DNA of 64,000 nt from Rhizodiscina lignyota (taxonomy: Eukaryota): the NCBI GenBank assembly GCA_010015805.1, contig ML978135.1, positions 310,001 through 374,000 on the forward strand, in the 5' to 3' direction. Below, in pieces: positions 34,239-46,280 of the stretch. How positions within the stretch are numbered: the stretch's first letter is position 1; every line of letters begins with the position of its first letter. Under the pieces are notes generated by a model. It saw nothing but the letters and a program-made list of their open reading frames with translations. It did no database searches and was not told the origin of the DNA. The position numbers were made by a program, and so were the translations under genes.

Positions 34239-35644
34239 TTTGAATGATAGAGTGGGAATTGAATGATCTGTATAAGAACGAATTGGCTTTCGTTCTCTGC
34301 TTGTCACTTTGCTCTGGCTACTTCAACTTATTGCGATTTCTGGCTCTACTTTATACTTCTCAACTGTTTTGGCCTCCACGCCGTGCCTCGGACGTTCAAC
34401 CATCTATTTCATTTGCATTATGAAACCAATATGCACACAAACATCACACCGCGAGATTACTAGGGTATCGGTGCAGACAAGGGATATTGCCATGAACGCC
34501 ATTGAAATGCACGACATCCCATCGCATGGCCGAGGCGCCAGCAGCAACAGGTTCACCATTGCCATTGGTACACGGAGCGGCACCTCAGGATACCCACCAG
34601 AACTCCGTCACAGACGTTGTTGTGCTACCGAATTGCGTAGTACCTGCACCGGAAGTTGGGACAGAAATGGTAGGTAAACAGGTACCAAGTTTATGTAGAT
34701 CCCAGATCGGCGACATGGAGTACTAAAATAGGCATGTTGAGAATCGAATTAGCGACCCCGAAAGAATATGGAGAAGCTTAAGTCATATGATATCTAAATC
34801 TGACGTGGGGAGTTGTGGAGCGGGAGCACTGGACGAGCTGTGACGAGGAACTAGGGAAGTCTGAGAAGCCAGAATAGGAATGTCAAGAACTTAGAATAAA
34901 CGCGCCGCGTCTTGGAGTACTTGGACCTCACTTTTGGAATAATTCATAGCAGATTGACGCCAGAAGTCGTGGCGACTATCGTAGCGCCAACGAGTCAACG
35001 ACAACGCTACCACTGTATCCTCCGAAGGCTTCCACGTTTTCTGGCGCCGAATCAGGTTTTCAGAGTGAGGTGAAAGAAAGATGAAGCAGAGCGCTGGCCA
35101 AATCAGGATCCAACGCAGGGATGGTGGAGGTTGATCGTCGCTGCAGGCCCGAAATTTCGAGGTCTCAGGGCTCAGGGCTGAGCTTCACCTCCACACGTGC
35201 CTGACTTCGCTCGACTTCTCTGGCCCGGACTTCACCGCACCAGCAGTTGCACGCTCCATACAGCAGACCGTCGCTCTGCCACTTCGGCTCGGCGCGTCTT
35301 GACAGGCCGACGGCCCTGTTCACCATTCAGGCAGGTTGTGGAGGCGTTGGCGGTGGATCGTTATGTAAAGTCAACGCTGGGGATTCTGGGGGCGATGGCA
35401 AGCAACGTGGGAGACGCGGGAGGGCGTCAATGGCAACTGCTTCCATGCCAATTGCGAGGAGCTGGATGAAGGCCGATGAGTGCTGGTGCGACTGGCCTGA
35501 TTGATGGCGATGCCACTCAGTTACGTCACTTTACCTTGTCGCGCTCACATTTGAGCAAATGGCAGGCGCATAAGGCTACAGCAAGTGCTCAAACTTCATC
35601 TTCTGGCATCGAACTTCAATCAAGCAACAAACAGACCACGCATC

Positions 35645-36520
35645 ATGGCTTCGAACATCCAGTCCTCACCCGAATACCAAACCCTGCTGCAGGACCTCTC
35701 CAACAGCAACGTCACAGCAGCTGCTCAGACACTGGCAGCTCCAGCTACAACGACATGGAATAACGGCGGCTCCGAATCGGATGTCGAGAACGACCTTTGG
35801 AATGCATGGAACGCAGTGATTGCTCTTGCCCAAAATACCGACGACGATGCCCAGCAGAATGGACTTGTCGCCGCCCTTCAGGCCTTCCAACAGCTTGGGC
35901 AATTGACTCGTGACGACGGCACAGTGTGCCAGGTGTGGAATGCAACTGTGTGGACGGATCTCCCAGTATTTGGGGGTGCGATGAGAGAGCAATGGAACCC
36001 ACCATCAGGTGCGTGACCACTCCCTCGCGGCAAAGGAACTTCCAGAATATCGTATTCTAACAATCTAATAGACCCCAGCCAGGCCGCAAGCTGGACCAAC
36101 CTGAACGCATTCGCCGCTCGATCGACGGCCTCAGAGTACAAGCCTAATACCCCCTTCGACTTTGCCCTCTACGCCATCTGGACTAATCGCGATGCGCTCG
36201 AGTCAACTGCGGCGGCTTCGAAAGACTATGCATCAATTCCTGCCAGTGCGTTGCAAGCGGCCGCACAGTGGTTCATATATTGCTCTCCGACTTTGCTTCG
36301 GGAGTCGACGTTGAATGGTGGAAGAAGCTTCGATGGCAAGACGGGCATTGCTGGAGCTGGATACTCAGGCAAGGACTGGACTGGACTGACTACAGACCGG
36401 TGGATTCTGTGGAAGGAGAACATGCAGGCCATCATTGCGTCTGGGCAGCAGCAGGCTGAGAACGACTTGCTGCAAAAGGCTGTGTCGAGCATGGAGTTTG
36501 CGGAGCAACAGAGCGGCTAA
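35645..36520 (+). CDS. DUF3632-like fungal helical protein, 2 exons
   Basis: 'LWNAWNAVI', 'VWTDLPVFG..MREQWN', 'WTNLNAFAAR', 'DFALYAIW..RDALE', 'AAAQWF', 'DRWILWK'. Intron approx. 36009-36071. Confidence 0.85.
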
Positions 36521-37248
36521 GAGTGTCGCTCAAGTTTGATACTTGCCGGCAAAAAGAAAGCTATTCCAATGTTGGTATGGGAGTCAAATAGGGGACAAAC
36601 CAGGTGTTTCAAGGCAAGAGCGGCAAGGAAGTGTTATCTACCGGTAGGCATCGAAAAGCTCCGTGCGATGTGTGAAGATGCGATTGTATTCTCCCCTGGA
36701 GCTGTTTTCTCGGAGGTACACAAAGAATTTAATATCAAATCGTCGTCTCCAGAATAACTTAACAGCTGCGTGCGCACGCCCGAAGGACTGATTGTATTAT
36801 ACATGGGAGCAGCTCAAGCAGAAGCGACCGTAGACTTGATGTGCAGCGACAGCTTTAATTGTCACTTCTAACACTGAACCCCGAGAAATGTTAACACGGA
36901 GAACTACAATGAGAGTGGATAACACCATCCATATTAAAAGATGCTACAGAGCTATCAATTTTACTTCGAGCTGCCGTAGAGTTGCGCTCAACGCCGTGCC
37001 TTTTCTCGTGCATGACTAGCTACAAATGGAGAGTTCAACGACTAGCCAAACCGCAACCCAACTCAGTCCAACACCGAAACGCATGATGGATTATTATAAA
37101 CATGTTCTTCACAATAACGTCTTGTGCCTTCGCTTTTGCGTGGGCTTCATATCTTGCAGCTCCGTGCGTTAATGGTTCGCTGTCACTAGGTACTCTGTAT
37201 CCTCCAGGTCGTCCGCGCGCTCACGTGATTTGATTCGAGGTTGATACT

Positions 37249-39554
37249 TTACGAGCCGCCCTTCTTGTATGCCGCGTCGACCTCCTTCTTGTATTTGTCC
37301 AGAATAGCACGGCGGTTCAGCTTCTGTGCGCTCGTGACGAGGCCCTGAATATATGTTAGCCCGGTCTGCTTCACTTTCTTGGGAAATCACTCACGCTCTG
37401 TGGCGTCCACTCCTCGTCTGCCAACGCGACACCATCGATGATCTCAATGCCTTGCAGTCCAGCTCTTCTGCCCTGATCCTGCAGCTGCTTCGTGACAAGG
37501 TCGATGATCTTCTCATTATGCACCAGCTCTTCCAAGTGTTCGCCCTTGATGCCATTTTCCTGCGCCAGCTTCTTCAGCGCTGCTTCCGCCGGTACGATGA
37601 TAGCGACGGGCTTCGTCTTGTTTGAGTCGGCATACACACAGATGTTCGCGACCACGGTGGCAGAGCGATACACGGATTCGAGCTTCTCGAGCGCAATGTA
37701 CTCGCCGTTGAGCGTCTTGACCAAGTTCTTCTTGCGGTCGATGATGCGAACATCACCCTTTGGACTGAACTCGCCGATATCACCGGTCTTGAACCAGCCA
37801 TCCGGAGTGAATGATTCCTTGGTCTCCTTTTCGAGGTCGAGATACCCAGACGCGATGGAGTCGCCGCGAATCCAGATCTCACCTTGCGGTGGGTTGTTGC
37901 TAGCTAGGTACCCAGCGTCTTGATAATCGACAAGCTTCATCTCGACAGACCCTGGGATTTCCCCGAGAGTATTGTCGGACCAGGCCATTGGATCCATCAG
38001 AGCACCCATGGCAGAAGTCTCTGTCAAGCCATAGCCGATGATCATGGGTGTGATCGCCAGACTGATGAACCTCTGGGTATCCTTTGCGACTGGTCCACCA
38101 CCGTTCATGCAGATCCTTAGTCTTCCTCCTGTCGCATCCTTGATTTTGTTGAAGACAACGCTGTCCAGCACACCTGCGCCGGGCAATCCCCATCCGAGCA
38201 AGAAGCTCTTCATGTACATCGCACTCCAGAACATATTCCTCACAATGATGCTGCTGCTATTGACCTTCGCGATGATGCCCTTCTTAACACTCTCCCACAC
38301 AGCAGGCACGCCGACCAGGACGGTGGGTTTGAACTCGCGGATGTCGCCCTTACAGTTGCGCACGGACGAGTCGGAGAGTGTGCGCGGATTGCCATATCCC
38401 ATGGTACCACCCCAGTATAGAACAGCATTCTCAAAGATGAACTCGAGGATGTGTGCGAGAGGAAGGTAGGTGAGGAGACCGTCGCCAGGACCGAGATAGG
38501 GGCTGATGATGACATCGACGCCAGCAACTGTCTATGGTGTTAAAATACGTACGGCAGCCATAATTGTTTTTGACTTACTCGCTGCAATGACATTCTTGTG
38601 CGTCAGAAGCACACCCTTTGGCGGGCCAGTAGACCCAGATGTGTACATAATGCAGCACAGATCCTCTGGCTTCGGTGGTACTGTATCCACCAGGTTCTCC
38701 TCACCAAGCTTGACCAGCTCATCGAAGCTGTTGACGGTGATTTCGGGATGTTCCTTCTTCAGCGCATCAATGTGCTCCTGCTTGACCTCCTCCGCCGTAT
38801 CGTAGATGACATGCTTCAGTGTCTTCGCTTCCTTAAGGGGGTTGATGAGCTTGGGGAGTAGGTGAGGGTCGCAGTAGATAGCCGAGACACCAGTTTGGAG
38901 CATCGAATGTTTTAGACCTTCTTCGCCGAGCGTATCGTATGCTGTCACAATGGCCATGGACTGGGAGAGGGCACCTAATGAATGCATTAGCTCTAATTCG
39001 ATGTTTACTCTTCTATCCGGTGTCGCATACCATGAGCCGATCCGAGCCAGTGTGGGCTATTAACCTGTTAGTAATGTTGGTCTTGAATGTCTCGCGGAGT
39101 TTCATTACCTGGTAGCAGCGAACAGGTGCAGTCTGTCGCCCTTGTTCATCCCGAGCTTCCTCAAACCCGCGCCCACTCGATGTGTCAATTGCTCATACTC
39201 GGTGAACGACATGTACGTGTAGCCGCTGAGCTCGAAATACGTCCACTTCTTGTCAACCTCCTGCTCCTTGCCATCGACCACCTTCTTGATCTTCTTGTTC
39301 TCGACGTGCGTCTTGAGCAGCTTCCTACTGCCCAGCGCCTTTGCATTGCCGAATTTCTTTGACGCATAGCCTACGATGTCGTGGACGGTATTGGCGCCAT
39401 CCAGCGTTGTGATGAGCTTGTCCTTGGTCTTGACATTGCGACGAGGGAGAGTCTCGCCCTCAACCTTCTCGTAGCCGGGCGCGTCGACGGTATAAGGGCC
39501 CTGCTTGAGGTTTTGAGGTTGCGGGTACCACGATTTGAGGTTTTTGGGAACCAT
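37249..39554 (-). CDS. FAA1: Long-chain fatty acyl-CoA synthetase (Faa1/Faa4 type), 5 exons including a 26-nt mini-exon
   Basis: 'IVTAYDTLGEEGL', AMP-binding 'IMYTSGSTGPPKGV', 'YLPLAHILE', 'GYGLTET', 'GWFKTGDIG', 'IIDRKKNLVKTLNGEYIALEKLES', final exon 'GLVTSAQKLNR...GGS*'. Confidence 0.95.
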
Positions 39555-40068
39555 GGCGGTAACGTACGGATAAGGCGCTGACAGAGTAGGAGCTATGAAA
39601 TCACAGAGCGAAGTGGGATGTGAAAGGTACAAGAGCTGCGACGACAGGCGACTATGCTGAGGCAAAGGAGGTAGTGTCGCAGGTGTCTGAAGTCTCAGCT
39701 AGAGGTGTCAAAAAGCTTGCGTGGATGTTTCGCGTGGTTGCACAGACGGGGAGGAGGAGGGTTTGTTAGTGATTAAATCAACAAGATGACGTTGGAGACT
39801 TGGCTGTGGAGAGAGCTCCCCTTCCACGTCCGCAGCCGCTTCCAGGCTGCGACGAGCTGTGGCGCACACCTCTCCCACTCGACGTCACCTGCTCTCCTTC
39901 CCATCCAATAATCTGCTGTCTCACAAGAGCTATTCTGTATTACATACACGTCTTTTATGAACATCCCGAGGCAAGCTGCTGAGCGCGTCCACTCTGAGCT
40001 CGACCGACACGACTCGTCGCGTTGTCGTCCCAACAAAACCTCCACCCCGCACTTTTATTTAGACGTCG

Positions 40069-41230
40069 ATGGAACAACTACCGGCAGCCTTAGGAGATGA
40101 GATTGAAGATCCGGAAGAAGGTGATATGCTACCCTACCACGGACATCGACGGCTCTTCAGGTCACCGTCCAGTCCTGGCATGCAGCCGTGAGAGATTCAT
40201 ATTGAGGCTTAGACAGAGGCGTTCTTGGTATTCTCGCAGCCCATTCCATCGCAGAATCTCGGCTTCGTAGATCCCAAGGCAGAAATACTCGAGCTGAATG
40301 TCGCTGGGCGGGACTTTAGCATTCGACAATCCCCAGGTGTCTTGACATCAAACCGTGAGGGCGGAACGACTGGCGCAGGTAGGCGACTCCGAACTGAGCC
40401 CTTGCATACCATAAAATCCTCACGAGTCATCTCCCCTCCTCTCTCTCGGTCGATCTTACGTGTTTATCTTTCTATAGATGTCGAGTCATCAAGTTCTTTC
40501 TCTTTGTCGTTGTACTGACCCCTGTTCCTAAGTTGTATGGAAGGTCACACCCGCATTCTCGGCATGGCTTTGCTCTCCCAACAACATCCTCTTTCGAACA
40601 GGCCTCATAGATGCCGAATCTACGGCCGTAGAGCTCGGCTGTGGCATCTCGGGACTTGTGGCGCTTTCCTTAGCCCCCAAGATCAGGAAGTATTTGGCGA
40701 CAGATCAGACGTATGTCCTGAAGCTGTTAGACCAGAATATCCGAGAGAACAGTCAACATCGCCCTTCAGCAGCCACACCGGGAAAAAAGCAGAACTCGAA
40801 GCGGGGTGATGCGAGGCAGACAGCGAGCAGCCATGGGAAACGCCGCACAGAAAAGGATGCTGCCACTACTATCGAGACGGTAGCATTAGATTGGCAGACT
40901 GACTCCGTACTCTCGTTGCAGCCATATCTTCCCTCTGCCGCTGTTAATGTGGTCATTGCCTGTGACTGCATCTATAATGAATCACTTATTCCGCCGTTCG
41001 TATCCACTTGCGCCGATGTTTGCCGCAGCTTCTCACCATTGCCGGAAAAGCCTACATTATGCATCGTAGCACAACAGTTGCGATCGCCAGATGTGTTTGA
41101 GGCATGGCTTAAAGAGTTCTGGAAGTATTTCAGGGTGCGGAGATTGCCTGACGAGGAGCTTGATGAAGGTCTGAAGGAAGGCAGCGGCTTCGTCGTCCAC
41201 ATTGGCATGTTAAGATCAACGGCGAAGTAG
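40069..41230 (+). CDS. RKM5: Family-16 seven-beta-strand protein lysine methyltransferase, Rkm5-like, 3 exons
   Basis: 'DPEEEAFLVFS', 'LGFVD', 'IRQSPGVLTS..GGTTGAVVWK', SAM motif 'VELGCGISG', 'ATDQ', 'LDW', 'IACDCIYNE', 'QQLRSPDVFE'. Introns 40121-40216 and 40379-40531. Confidence 0.8.
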
Positions 41231-41561
41231 AACGAGTGATTGCATTTGTGTTATCTTTTGGTGCCTCTCGTCAGTTCAAGAGCTCCTCAAAAGACTGAGT
41301 GAAGCGTAACATATCAGGGGAAGTTAGGCAATAGTAAGAATCTTGAGTTGCTCTTGAAGTGCCAAGACTTTCCCTCTTTATCCAACTCGGAACACTGCTT
41401 CTCTCTTCAGCAACTTTCAACCCTCTTCTCAACACCATGCACTCTTTGCGCTACTGAGGTTGCATGAAAAGAATATAGACGTGGTAAGTAGATTGTCCTG
41501 ACATTATCTCATCTCCTCTTATTGCTACTGTAATATTGGACAGGCCGACGTCTAGACCATC

Positions 41562-42312
41562 ATGGCGACTTCGCCAGCGCACCAGCTGCAAAATCCGTTC
41601 CCCTTTCTCCAACTTCCGCAAGAACTCCGTGTTCAAATCTACAACTATGTCGTCGAAGACCTTGCAGTCGGCTTCAGGAGATACGCAAGCTCCATCCACT
41701 CGGTCCCACGTCCCATATTACGCATACGCCCCCACGTAAAGCAAGCATATTTCAAACTTTTCCACGTCAATCGCCAGATTCGTGAAGAAGCCATGGATGA
41801 AATTTTGAGTCGCAGTGTTGTCAAGGTTTTCCATTCTGACCTATTGGCCATGCTGCAACTCTTCGAGTCGAAAGAGAGGGCTCTGGTCAAACACCTAAGC
41901 ATCATGGGGTTGGTTAAGGGAGACAGGAAGAGCACTCGACTTTTACAGACGATCCATAAGAGCATAGACCTCAGCCGCTGCACCACCGACAAGGCCATGT
42001 GGGTGGATGTTGCCTTAGATGGCATTAAGGATCTTGACAACGGACCTCTCATTCTGCCGAATTTGTCTAGTTTGAGGATCGAGATGGACTTGTCACACCT
42101 TGGACTCTAGAGATGTAGAGGAGATTTGTCCTTGGAAGGTTCTCAAACTACTTCAGAACCTTCGTGGGCTCTCACACTTCACTCTCGAATATTATGAGGA
42201 TGATTTCTTTGGGGGCCATTACGAAAAGTGGCGCCAAACTCGTTTCGAAAGAATCATCCCCCTCCTCAAGAAGCTCGAAACGGACATTGCGGCGAAAGTA
42301 ACGCAGACATGA
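41562..42312 (+). pseudogene. F-box-like protein paralog 1, frameshifted near 42098-42110 (pseudogene or sequencing error)
   Basis: 'FPFLQLPQELRVQIY' at the N-terminus. The frame stops at TAG 42108-42110, but similarity to the paralogs continues in the +1 frame ('WKVLKLLQNLRGLSHF'). No consensus intron bridges the shift. Probable 5' UTR intron near 41484-41542. Confidence 0.7.
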
Positions 42313-42976
42313 GAAACGATTGGAGAGTCTAATGAGGGACGGGGAGGAGTCGTCTTGGTAGCAGTCAAACGTTGAAAAGTCAGTGAGCAATGCGCTGACT
42401 GGCATTGCTGGCACGGAAACGACGGAAAGCGAGAATCATCTGCGATGTGTACAATACCTTCAGGTAGCTCCAGTAAGCTTGAAGAACAAAAGGTGATGCT
42501 CTTGCGTCAACTAGCTGTGCCATCAAATAGTGAAATGGGTGCCATATGTAAGGCGTCAACAACGGCAAGCGAAAAACGCGTGAAGTGTCTCAAATCTACT
42601 CGTATCATACATCAATTGATACATATTCTAAGTACTAGGGGGCATATTTTAGATTGCGATGATGCTCTCCGATAGATTCTCATTCACGTCACCAAGGTCA
42701 CTTGTCACCTCACCGTGGTTGCCTAATTTGGATGCTATTAAAAGAACGCGCTAGCACAAAAACAAAACATTTACTTCGCCTGCTCCCTTCTCAACACCCA
42801 CACATTCACAGTATTTGTGCTAGCTTCGAACAACAAATGCGACACTTGGATAAGCTAGTCCTTCACCTCTTTGCTGCGATATCAGTAAGAAACACTTTGG
42901 CATCTGCTCGAACTTGGATGACGCATCTCTCAATGTCAACTTAAACACCATCTACACTTACCATGACAAGAAGACA

Positions 42977-43876
42977 ATGACGCGATACCACAATCGCCGG
43001 AAGGTTCAACACACTACTTCCGCCAGCAGCGCTGGCGCTGGGGGTATCTCCAGTTCGTCGACGGAAAAGCCTGTTGCCTCCTCTACTGCTGGACCTTCAA
43101 ACAGCAATCGGTTTCCGTTCCTCAAGCTGCCAGCGGAGCTCCGCCTCCAGATCTACGACTGCGTCTTCGAGTGCTACCTGTTCGACGAATACCGTCCGTT
43201 GGGAAAGTGGTACACCTCCGGTCCGTCTCTAAGAATCATCCCCGCGAAGAGACAATCATTCTTCAAGCTCTTCCATATCAACCACCAAACACGTGGAGAA
43301 ATCATGGCGCACATTCTCAGCACCTACATCATCGAAATCTTTCACGACCAGCTCATTGGCGTGCTGCAGCTCTTTGGCCCCACGGAGAGAACTTGGATCA
43401 AGCACTTGCGCATTCTAGCATTGATTGACGAGAACTTCATGAGAGAGGAGCAGCTTCAAAAACTTGTGCGAGGCACAGACGTCAAACACCATCCTCAGAA
43501 TTTCCGCGCACAATTGGATACTGCCGTATGCGGTCTAAAGGATATCATCAGTGGTCCTTTCTCTCTACCTAACCTTTCCACTCTCGCCATTCATCCGGAT
43601 CTTGACATATGGTCAATTTCCTGGGCCGCAAAGAGCTGCATGCCGCAGGATATGAGATGGCCTGTATTAGATGCCTTGGAAGACGTCTCTAAACTGGAAG
43701 AGTTCAAGATCAAGGAGTTTAAGTTCGAGCTTGACCGTGAGCACTGGTACCGTCATGATCAGCCGTACGCAAAATGCGTCCTCTCGCTGTTCCACGGAAC
43801 CGAGGCGGTCGTCGTTGCTCAAACGCAGGCGAACAAGGCGATGGAGAATGATGAGGACAACAAGGCACAGGCATAA
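42977..43876 (+). CDS. F-box-like protein paralog 2
   Basis: 'FPFLKLPAELRLQIYDCVF'. Aligns by eye with paralog 1 ('FKLFHINHQTRGE', 'LQLFGPTERTWIKHL', 'GPFSLPNLSTL'). First ATG at 42977. Confidence 0.8.
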   Translation: MTRYHNRRKVQHTTSASSAGAGGISSSSTEKPVASSTAGPSNSNRFPFLKLPAELRLQIYDCVFECYLFDEYRPLGKWYTSGPSLRIIPAKRQSFFKLFHINHQTRGEIMAHILSTYIIEIFHDQLIGVLQLFGPTERTWIKHLRILALIDENFMREEQLQKLVRGTDVKHHPQNFRAQLDTAVCGLKDIISGPFSLPNLSTLAIHPDLDIWSISWAAKSCMPQDMRWPVLDALEDVSKLEEFKIKEFKFELDREHWYRHDQPYAKCVLSLFHGTEAVVVAQTQANKAMENDEDNKAQA

Positions 43877-45109
43877 GAAACACCAAGCATACAGGAAGAG
43901 GTAAATCTCGAAAGCAGGGTGCTATCAGTGTCTTTCATACGACCAAAATGACGAAATCATGATGGTATACCCTATGCACTGCCAACAGCGGGTTGGTAGT
44001 TCAACGGATAAATTACGATGTACACTTTCTCAAAATCAATATTGTTTATTGAATCTCATGGCGCTCCAATCTACGTTCAACCCCCGCGAGAAACAGCCCA
44101 ATATGCAAATCGCGTACGTGAAACTGCGCAACAGCTCCGAGGACGGCAAATTCGAGAGCGCACAACTCATCGATTGTCTGAAATCTCAAAGGCATGCATC
44201 AGACTACGCGGGTTCTCGCGGAGTATTGACAGAGCGGTGAGCAGTGATAGTAATAAGGAAAGAGAATAAAGAGAATATTATGCGATTTTAGCTCCGGTAC
44301 GCATACTAAGGAAGATGGAAATAAGTGTCAAGGGTATCGGAGGTAAGGTAATAGCCTAGCCTATTTAAGTAATTCGACCAAATTTAAGGGGAGAGAGAAC
44401 TTCTCTAGTAATCAGAGGCTTTCTCTCTTTCTATCGAGTTCTTTATCGAGCTACCACTGGCAAGCCATATCTACCTTCAGGACAAGAAAAATTGATGCTC
44501 ACTCTAGTTATTTCGAGTGCCAGTGGTTGTAGAGTCAAGCTGAGCACAGTTCCATGAATGGAACATTTTTGTCCAACGCTGGAACCCGTTGACTTTGCTA
44601 TTACTTTTAGTTTTAGGCTCTCATAAATTTGCGAGATGGCTCTGAGATTAGTGAGAACGTTAATCGCGTTAGGTTTAAAAGAGGAGTTAGACGTTTTGCG
44701 ATCAAAAATAAGGTCTCAGCTGCCTTAATGAGACAGCTTTTGGGCTGCGGCTTGTTTGCTCTGATGGCCTTTTGCGTTTGCGTTTCCACCGATTGACCAT
44801 TTTGAAGAAACCAGTTAGGCTCCCATTAGCTATGACTCGTTAATTCTGAATAGGTTTCCTTTCAATTAGGCCAAAGGCGACCCCCATTGGTCCGATATGC
44901 TTTCCGAATCAACGTTGTCACCGTTTGTTGGCAGTGGCGCAAAATTTTAACACAAAGCGGAACTGTCTCATAAAAGAGATTAATAGGGCGTGTTAAAGTT
45001 AAATTTTCGCTTCCACATTTATTGGGGCGTAAGGGAAAGCAACTTAATAGGTCATCACCACTTGGATTTCAGGAATCTAGGATCCAGAATCGCGCCATCA
45101 GCGTAATCC

Positions 45110-45853
45110 ATGGCTACACCAACGTCCAGATCGTCATTGCTCCTAAAATTACCTGTGGAGCTTCGCCTCGTCTTGTACGATCACCTCTTCGATGAATATC
45201 GCCGTCAAGACACCACACCTCCTCGCACTCAGTGGGCGTTGCCGACGTGGAAAAAACAATACTGCGCTATGGACGAGCAGAAGACCAGCCTCGAATGGGT
45301 AGCATATCTACACATCGATCAGCAGACGCGAAACGAGATAATCTGGCACACTTTCCGTAACGCGATATTCGACATCGAACATGACGAGCTCCTGGCCTTT
45401 CTGCAGTGTTTAGGGCCACAACTTCGGGCTCAAGTGCAGCATATATCCTTAAACAACTTCAGCCGCCTCAACACGCTCCGCTGTTTGCAACAATTGGGTT
45501 TCAAATACTTGGATTTCTCTCGCTATGGAGAAGGTGACAAGGACATTGCCACTATGGGAGTGAAGGAATTGGCCACTATGTTCCACGGCTGTTTCGATTT
45601 GAAATCGTTGACTGTGCACGTTGATAAAAGCACCTTTAAAGGTGATCACTTCTCAGTCGAGTCAATATTGGGACTGCCCTTCTTCGTCGCCCTGCAGGAA
45701 TTGTGCGGCTTGGAGCACTTTCACGTCGAGGTTGATCCGAAGGATATCGGCCCAAGGGAAGGCGAAGTTCTAGGCAAGTTCCAGAAAGTGCAAGCTGAGA
45801 TATCTGCAAAGATTGTGGGTGGTACGCGTGTTCCGTCGATTTTTGGGCCATGA
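45110..45853 (+). CDS. F-box-like protein paralog 3
   Basis: 'LLLKLPVELRLVLYDHLFDEYR', 'LHIDQQTRNEI', 'HDELLAFLQCLGPQLRAQVQHI', 'LQELCGLEHF', 'EISAKI' match blocks in paralogs 1 and 2. Confidence 0.8.
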   Translation: MATPTSRSSLLLKLPVELRLVLYDHLFDEYRRQDTTPPRTQWALPTWKKQYCAMDEQKTSLEWVAYLHIDQQTRNEIIWHTFRNAIFDIEHDELLAFLQCLGPQLRAQVQHISLNNFSRLNTLRCLQQLGFKYLDFSRYGEGDKDIATMGVKELATMFHGCFDLKSLTVHVDKSTFKGDHFSVESILGLPFFVALQELCGLEHFHVEVDPKDIGPREGEVLGKFQKVQAEISAKIVGGTRVPSIFGP

Positions 45854-46280
45854 GCGGGCAGAGACTGGTCGAAAACTTCTAAAATGCTTCCGAATCCCGC
45901 GAATTGATTCGAATCTCCATATGACTGCAGCGCCACTAATGACTATGGAAGACTTGAAGCCAATCATTCGCCCCAAAAATAAATTCACAATTAATGGAAT
46001 GCAAGATTGTCTAAACATTAGAAAATTATTGATAATATTGCTCGAAGTTTGCTGCAAGAAGCAGCATGGCCGCATCTACTGACTACTCAAGCCAGCCTAC
46101 GCCTGGAACTCCATTTTGTTCACCAATGCATATTGATACAGCGTGTTGTACAGGTAGGATCCTGAACTAATAACCACATATTAAAAGATCCGAAGCGACA
46201 AGGAAATAAACGCCATCGATATGATACAATGAAACAGAACCCCTACCAACTCCAGAGACTCGCGTTGCAAACGAGCATCC

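Noticed and set aside
43959..44269. Two overlapping short ORFs inside the F-box array, considered as a fourth paralog
   Set aside because: None of the shared paralog blocks is present.
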